DNA from: an uncultured Nitrospiraceae bacterium
GTDB lineage: Bacteria > Nitrospirota > Thermodesulfovibrionia > Thermodesulfovibrionales > SM23-35
DNA: 64,000 nucleotides
Direction of reading: 5' to 3'
Assembly: GCA_963727775.1 (NCBI GenBank)
Contig: CAVSHB010000002.1
Location: forward strand, 448,001-512,000
This document shows, in pieces, positions 60,008-64,000 of the stretch. A model generated the notes under the pieces. That model was not told the origin of the DNA. It saw only the letters and a list, made by a program, of their open reading frames with translations, and did no database searches. The position numbers were made by a program, and so were the translations under genes. How positions within the stretch are numbered: the first letter of the stretch is position 1; the number at the start of each line of letters is the position of its first letter.

Positions 60008-61273
60008 ATGAAAAGATTTCTCATAGCTTGTATTTCGATTGCAGCCATTTTAGGCTTAGCCGCTGTTACATGGGCGCAGGAGGCAAGCGTCTTTGATAGC
60101 GCTGAAAAAATCATTGTCAGGGTTTTTATCACTAATACCGGCAGTGGCGGATGTCTGCTGGAGCCGCCGACGACGGGTCTTCCATGTTATTCTGCGTTTA
60201 TTGAGGTGAGGGATTCCAGCAGTGCGATAATTTCCGCAAATAAACTTGTTGTCGACGGTATGATAATTCCTTCTTTTGTGGGAACAACAAATACAGACGG
60301 TACAATTATTCCGAACGCGAATCCATTCCAGATTCACAATAGTGATCTTACAGATCCTGACGTAACCATGTCTATAGACAATGATACAGGCAAAATTTAC
60401 GTCTTCTGCACAAATACGACCCCCGGTTTACATGTTATGCAATACAATATCAGTAATTCATCGAATGGAGTGTGCGGCACAACGCTCAACACCTGTACGC
60501 AGGGTACTTTTGCTGATATCGCTGACACAACTACGAATTATCTTTGGAACTGCGAAGGTTCAGGCGGAGGATCAACAGCATCGTGCTCGCTTCCGATACC
60601 GGTGAATGGAGTGTGCGGCACAACGCTCAACACCTGTACGCAGGGTACTTTTGCTGATATCGCTGACACAACTACGAATTATCTTTGGAACTGCAAAGGT
60701 TCAGGCGGAGGATCAACAGCATCGTGCTCGTTGTCGATACCGGTAAACGGAGTATGCGGATCATCGAACGGGCAGACATTAGCAACAAAGCCAACCTCAA
60801 ATCTCTGCGGTGACGCGTCACTACCGACAGTGAGCGGCAGCGGGCCTTGGACCTGGACTTGTGCCGGAACAAATGGCGGAAATTCAGCAAGTTGTTCGGC
60901 CAACCTGCAAAGCACAGGCGCCGATCTTATAATAACCTCTCTTCAGGGACCGGGCTCAGTAGGTGGAGCGGGCAGTTGGATTACTCCCGTGACGATTCAG
61001 AACGTGGGAGTTGGACCTGTTGTCGGGAGCTTTACCGTCAAAGTCTATCTAGCCAGCGGTCGTTCACTTGTCGGTGCGCAAGTTTTAGCTACGTACACAG
61101 TTACGAGCGGATTGGGCGTGGGGCAATCGTTGAACCTTTCTATTCCGACGACTGTCACCAGCCTCGGTCTGCACAGTTGGTATGTGCTCGGCGCCAAAGT
61201 AGATGCCGATAATAATATTGTTGAGAGTAACGAAGCGAATAACGAGGCGTACGTATTATTCCAGTGTCTCTGA
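60008..61273 (+). CDS. Secreted protein with Cys-rich repeats and C-terminal CARDB domain
   Basis: Signal peptide ending in TWA/Q; three NGVCG...W.C.G..GG..ASC modules; ADLIITSL...KVDADNNIVESNEANN. Confidence 0.85.
   Translation: MKRFLIACISIAAILGLAAVTWAQEASVFDSAEKIIVRVFITNTGSGGCLLEPPTTGLPCYSAFIEVRDSSSAIISANKLVVDGMIIPSFVGTTNTDGTIIPNANPFQIHNSDLTDPDVTMSIDNDTGKIYVFCTNTTPGLHVMQYNISNSSNGVCGTTLNTCTQGTFADIADTTTNYLWNCEGSGGGSTASCSLPIPVNGVCGTTLNTCTQGTFADIADTTTNYLWNCKGSGGGSTASCSLSIPVNGVCGSSNGQTLATKPTSNLCGDASLPTVSGSGPWTWTCAGTNGGNSASCSANLQSTGADLIITSLQGPGSVGGAGSWITPVTIQNVGVGPVVGSFTVKVYLASGRSLVGAQVLATYTVTSGLGVGQSLNLSIPTTVTSLGLHSWYVLGAKVDADNNIVESNEANNEAYVLFQCL
60464..60745 (+). repeat. 141-bp in-frame tandem duplication (47 aa)
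   Basis: AATGGAGTGTGCGGCACAACG at 60464 and 60605; the two units are nearly identical. Confidence 0.95.
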
Positions 61274-61284
61274 TATAGTCCTTG

Positions 61285-61320
61285 CCGCTTAGAGGGGAAT
61301 ATTTATTCCCCTCTAAGCGG
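61285..61320. repeat. Perfect hairpin (16-17 bp stem) between the CARDB gene and the yfhO-like gene
   Basis: CCGCTTAGAGGGGAAT-ATTT-ATTCCCCTCTAAGCGG. Confidence 0.8.
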
Positions 61321-61326
61321 AAAACC

Positions 61327-64000
61327 ATGAACAAGAATACCCACTGTATCTTCCTCTTACCTCTCTTGATCCTTATTTTTTTTTGTGATATTCTCTTTTT
61401 CGGCAAGACCCTCTCGACCGCTTCTCTTCTTCCCGGCGCAACACCGTCCGGCCCTTATGGTTTCTCAGGCCAGCGGCCCGAAATGCCCTTTTCCTTTGAC
61501 GTAGGCGGGAATGCATGGGTCAATGAGCCAAACCCGTACATTATAAGGCGCCTTCTTAATGAGGGCGGTGAATTGCCTTTCTGGAACCCCCATGAAGGCT
61601 TAGGCATGCCTCTTATCGCGAACATGAACAACGAGGTCCTGAACCCTCTGAAATTAGCTCTGAATTTATCTCCAGGTCCCTTTTCACAGGACATATTCTT
61701 TCTCCTGAGGCTGCTTGTCATGGGCATCTTCACCTATCTCTTTCTGAGGGAGCTGAAGCTCTCTCCGGCGTCCTGTCTCCTTGGGTCTTCTTCTTTCATG
61801 TTGTCCGGATACTCCGTCTGGTGGATAAATCTCCATCCGCTGAGCACTGTAATGTATCTGCCCGCGGTTTTTTATTTCTACGAGAGATGGGGCAATCGAA
61901 AGGACCTTAAGAGTCCCTTTCTTATGTCGCTGTTTCTCTGCTTTGCCTTTGTTGCAGGGAAGATACCCGATGTGATTATGGGCCTCTCTCTTCTTTTCAG
62001 CTATGCTCTGTGGAAGGGCATCATGGAACCTTCTCGTAAAAGGTTTTACCGGGAGGGAGGGAAGGTGCTCTTCGTCGCGCTCTCAGGCGCGCTCATGGCA
62101 GCCGTCGCTCTGATTCCTTTTATTGAACTCCATTCTCATGCCTCACCTTTGGCCAAGGCCATAAGGACAGGAGCGGCCGGCCACACAATCCCTTTTATTA
62201 CATCTGTATCTCTTTTCCAGCCCCTCTTTCTCGGCTGGAAGAACTATTTTTACGGTTCATGGCTCAGGTGGACCCCTGATGTGATCCTGCCCTATGCAAC
62301 TACAGTGATACTGTTATTGACCTTTTACGCGGTTCTCAACCGCACTATCTTAACAAGAACCTTTCCCTATTTCGTATTCTCAATATTTCTATTTTCCATA
62401 GTGTATGGTCTCTTACCATCCCATATTATGGTGCGATTGCCCGTTTTCAGAAGCATAGAATTTCTAAAATACAACGGTATGCTCTATTTTTCCCTATCTG
62501 TAATGTCCGCCCATTCTTTTGATAACCTCTTATCTGCCGAGGGAAACAAGAAGAGATTCCTTATCTCAATTGCGGTGGTCTCCTTATTAATCCTTGCATA
62601 TTTCTCCTTTCTGTACCGGCTGAGTCCCTCGCATATGAGCAGTTACATGATTACTATTCTTCTTTTCTCACTTGCAGGATTGTTTATCATAGGTCTGGTC
62701 TTCCACTTCTTTGAGAGCAAACAAATATTCGGGATAGCGATCTTTCTGTTTCTCATGGGCGAGCTTTTCCTATACATGCCGAAGGAGCACCCGGACAGGA
62801 CCGATCCTTACAGGAAGCCGCCTTACCTTGATCTCATTAAGGGGAGAGAGCCTTATCGGATTACCGGCGATGGAAGCTCTCTGCCTCCTCTTGTGAGCGG
62901 CGCCTTTGGTTTATATGATGCAAGGGGTATCAGTGTCTTGATGCAGGGGGATTATTATTATTTCTTTGAGAACCTTTTGGGGTTCAGCCTTCCCGGCACA
63001 AACAACCCTGATCCGCTCTTCACTGCTACGTCTCCCTTTATAGACCTTGCGGGCGTGAAGTACATAATGAGCCGTGAGCCTTTGGAGCGATCGAAGATCG
63101 AGGAGAAGGTAAGATCGCATATAGGCTCCTTGAGGCTGGTTCGCCTCTTTGAGGCAATGATGAATCATGCGATTAAAGGGGAAGCGACCTATGGGTCCTT
63201 TGATCCGGGCGGCGACATGAGGTTTTCCATCTTTTTCCCGATGACGTTTGCATTTGAAACAAAACTCAGGATATCGGAACCTTTTATTGTTGCAGGATTT
63301 ACGTTGACGGACGTCCCGAAAGGCGCAACCGCTAGGGTCAGAATAACGATGAAAAACAGGGTTGAAGAATTGATTGTCAGGGAAGGCGATTGGAAAGACC
63401 AATGGCTGGATGTCTCCAATTATTCAGGAAAGGTCATTACTATTAGAATTGAGGGAACGAGTTTCGGCAACGGAAGGATAGTGTTGGGGAATTTCGGTCT
63501 TTCACCGGGATATGAAAGAGAGAGAATTCTCTATAACAATCTCCTGACACTTCACAAAAAGGAGTTGGATTTCCTAAAATACAAAGGAGCATATGAAGGT
63601 ATCCATATATACGAGAATACCAATGTTATGGACAGGGCCTTTGTTCTGCATAGGGCAAGATTGGTGAGAAATCTCGATGAAGCGATAAAAGAGCTCCAGG
63701 AGGGGGCCGACTTCAGGGAGATGGGTCTCGTATCTGATATTGCGCCCGAAATCTCAAGAATGGCGCCCGACCTATTTACGGAGGAAAAGAGTAACGGAGG
63801 CGCTCCTGTGGCCGACGATAAAATCATAATGAAAAAATATACCGCTGATGAGGTGGCGATGGAAGTGGAATCGAGGGGCGGACTCCTTGTCCTGAGCGAC
63901 CTCTATTACCCTGGATGGAAGGTGAAGGTGAATGGGCAACAGGAAACGATTGTGAGCGCATTCGGTCTCTTTAAAGGGGTCTTTATTAAAGGGGGGAGGA
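61327..64000 (+). CDS. YfhO-family (GT-C) membrane protein, running off the window end
   Basis: Manual translation from ATG 61327 gives LPFWNPHEGLGMPLIAN near the N-terminus and, in the same frame, GGLLVLSDLYYPGWKVKVNG near the end. Absent from the ORF track because no stop lies in the window. Confidence 0.85.
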   Translation, partial: MNKNTHCIFLLPLLILIFFCDILFFGKTLSTASLLPGATPSGPYGFSGQRPEMPFSFDVGGNAWVNEPNPYIIRRLLNEGGELPFWNPHEGLGMPLIANMNNEVLNPLKLALNLSPGPFSQDIFFLLRLLVMGIFTYLFLRELKLSPASCLLGSSSFMLSGYSVWWINLHPLSTVMYLPAVFYFYERWGNRKDLKSPFLMSLFLCFAFVAGKIPDVIMGLSLLFSYALWKGIMEPSRKRFYREGGKVLFVALSGALMAAVALIPFIELHSHASPLAKAIRTGAAGHTIPFITSVSLFQPLFLGWKNYFYGSWLRWTPDVILPYATTVILLLTFYAVLNRTILTRTFPYFVFSIFLFSIVYGLLPSHIMVRLPVFRSIEFLKYNGMLYFSLSVMSAHSFDNLLSAEGNKKRFLISIAVVSLLILAYFSFLYRLSPSHMSSYMITILLFSLAGLFIIGLVFHFFESKQIFGIAIFLFLMGELFLYMPKEHPDRTDPYRKPPYLDLIKGREPYRITGDGSSLPPLVSGAFGLYDARGISVLMQGDYYYFFENLLGFSLPGTNNPDPLFTATSPFIDLAGVKYIMSREPLERSKIEEKVRSHIGSLRLVRLFEAMMNHAIKGEATYGSFDPGGDMRFSIFFPMTFAFETKLRISEPFIVAGFTLTDVPKGATARVRITMKNRVEELIVREGDWKDQWLDVSNYSGKVITIRIEGTSFGNGRIVLGNFGLSPGYERERILYNNLLTLHKKELDFLKYKGAYEGIHIYENTNVMDRAFVLHRARLVRNLDEAIKELQEGADFREMGLVSDIAPEISRMAPDLFTEEKSNGGAPVADDKIIMKKYTADEVAMEVESRGGLLVLSDLYYPGWKVKVNGQQETIVSAFGLFKGVFIKGGR

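Noticed and set aside
61455..63827. Several minus-strand ORFs at the window end
   Set aside because: They are antisense to the continuous plus-strand YfhO-family frame starting at 61327.

Overview
Bacterial chromosomal window. Protein style and gene content suggest an anaerobic Nitrospirota (Thermodesulfovibrionia-like) organism; this is an inference. The left half (1-31.3 kb) is housekeeping: yicC-remA-gmk-rpoZ-coaBC, porCDAB, mglBA, holB-PSP1-metG, rpiB-glyA-nrdR, a TPP-riboswitch-controlled thiSGECD operon, larB, gpsA, glnS, gltX, tilS, ybaB, dnaX, SRP RNA, tRNA-Ser(GGA) and gatAB. The right half (31.4-64 kb) is a cell-surface locus. It holds two coiled-coil glycosyltransferases, a triplicated methyltransferase, a GDP-heptose pathway, a DPM1-like GT2, four GT-C-type membrane transferases, a lone GspD secretin and a PIG-L deacetylase. 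It also holds an unknown secreted Cys-rich protein behind three stacked promoters, followed by lipoproteins and a CARDB protein. My main hypothesis is a dedicated secretion and glycosylation cassette for a surface array (S-layer-like). Other notable signals are a structured palindromic element inserted in frame in a GT-C gene, an AAA_28-like kinase in the usual tmk position, a second miniature repeat family, and a probable GTA start codon. All calls come from reading the sequence; no database searches were run.
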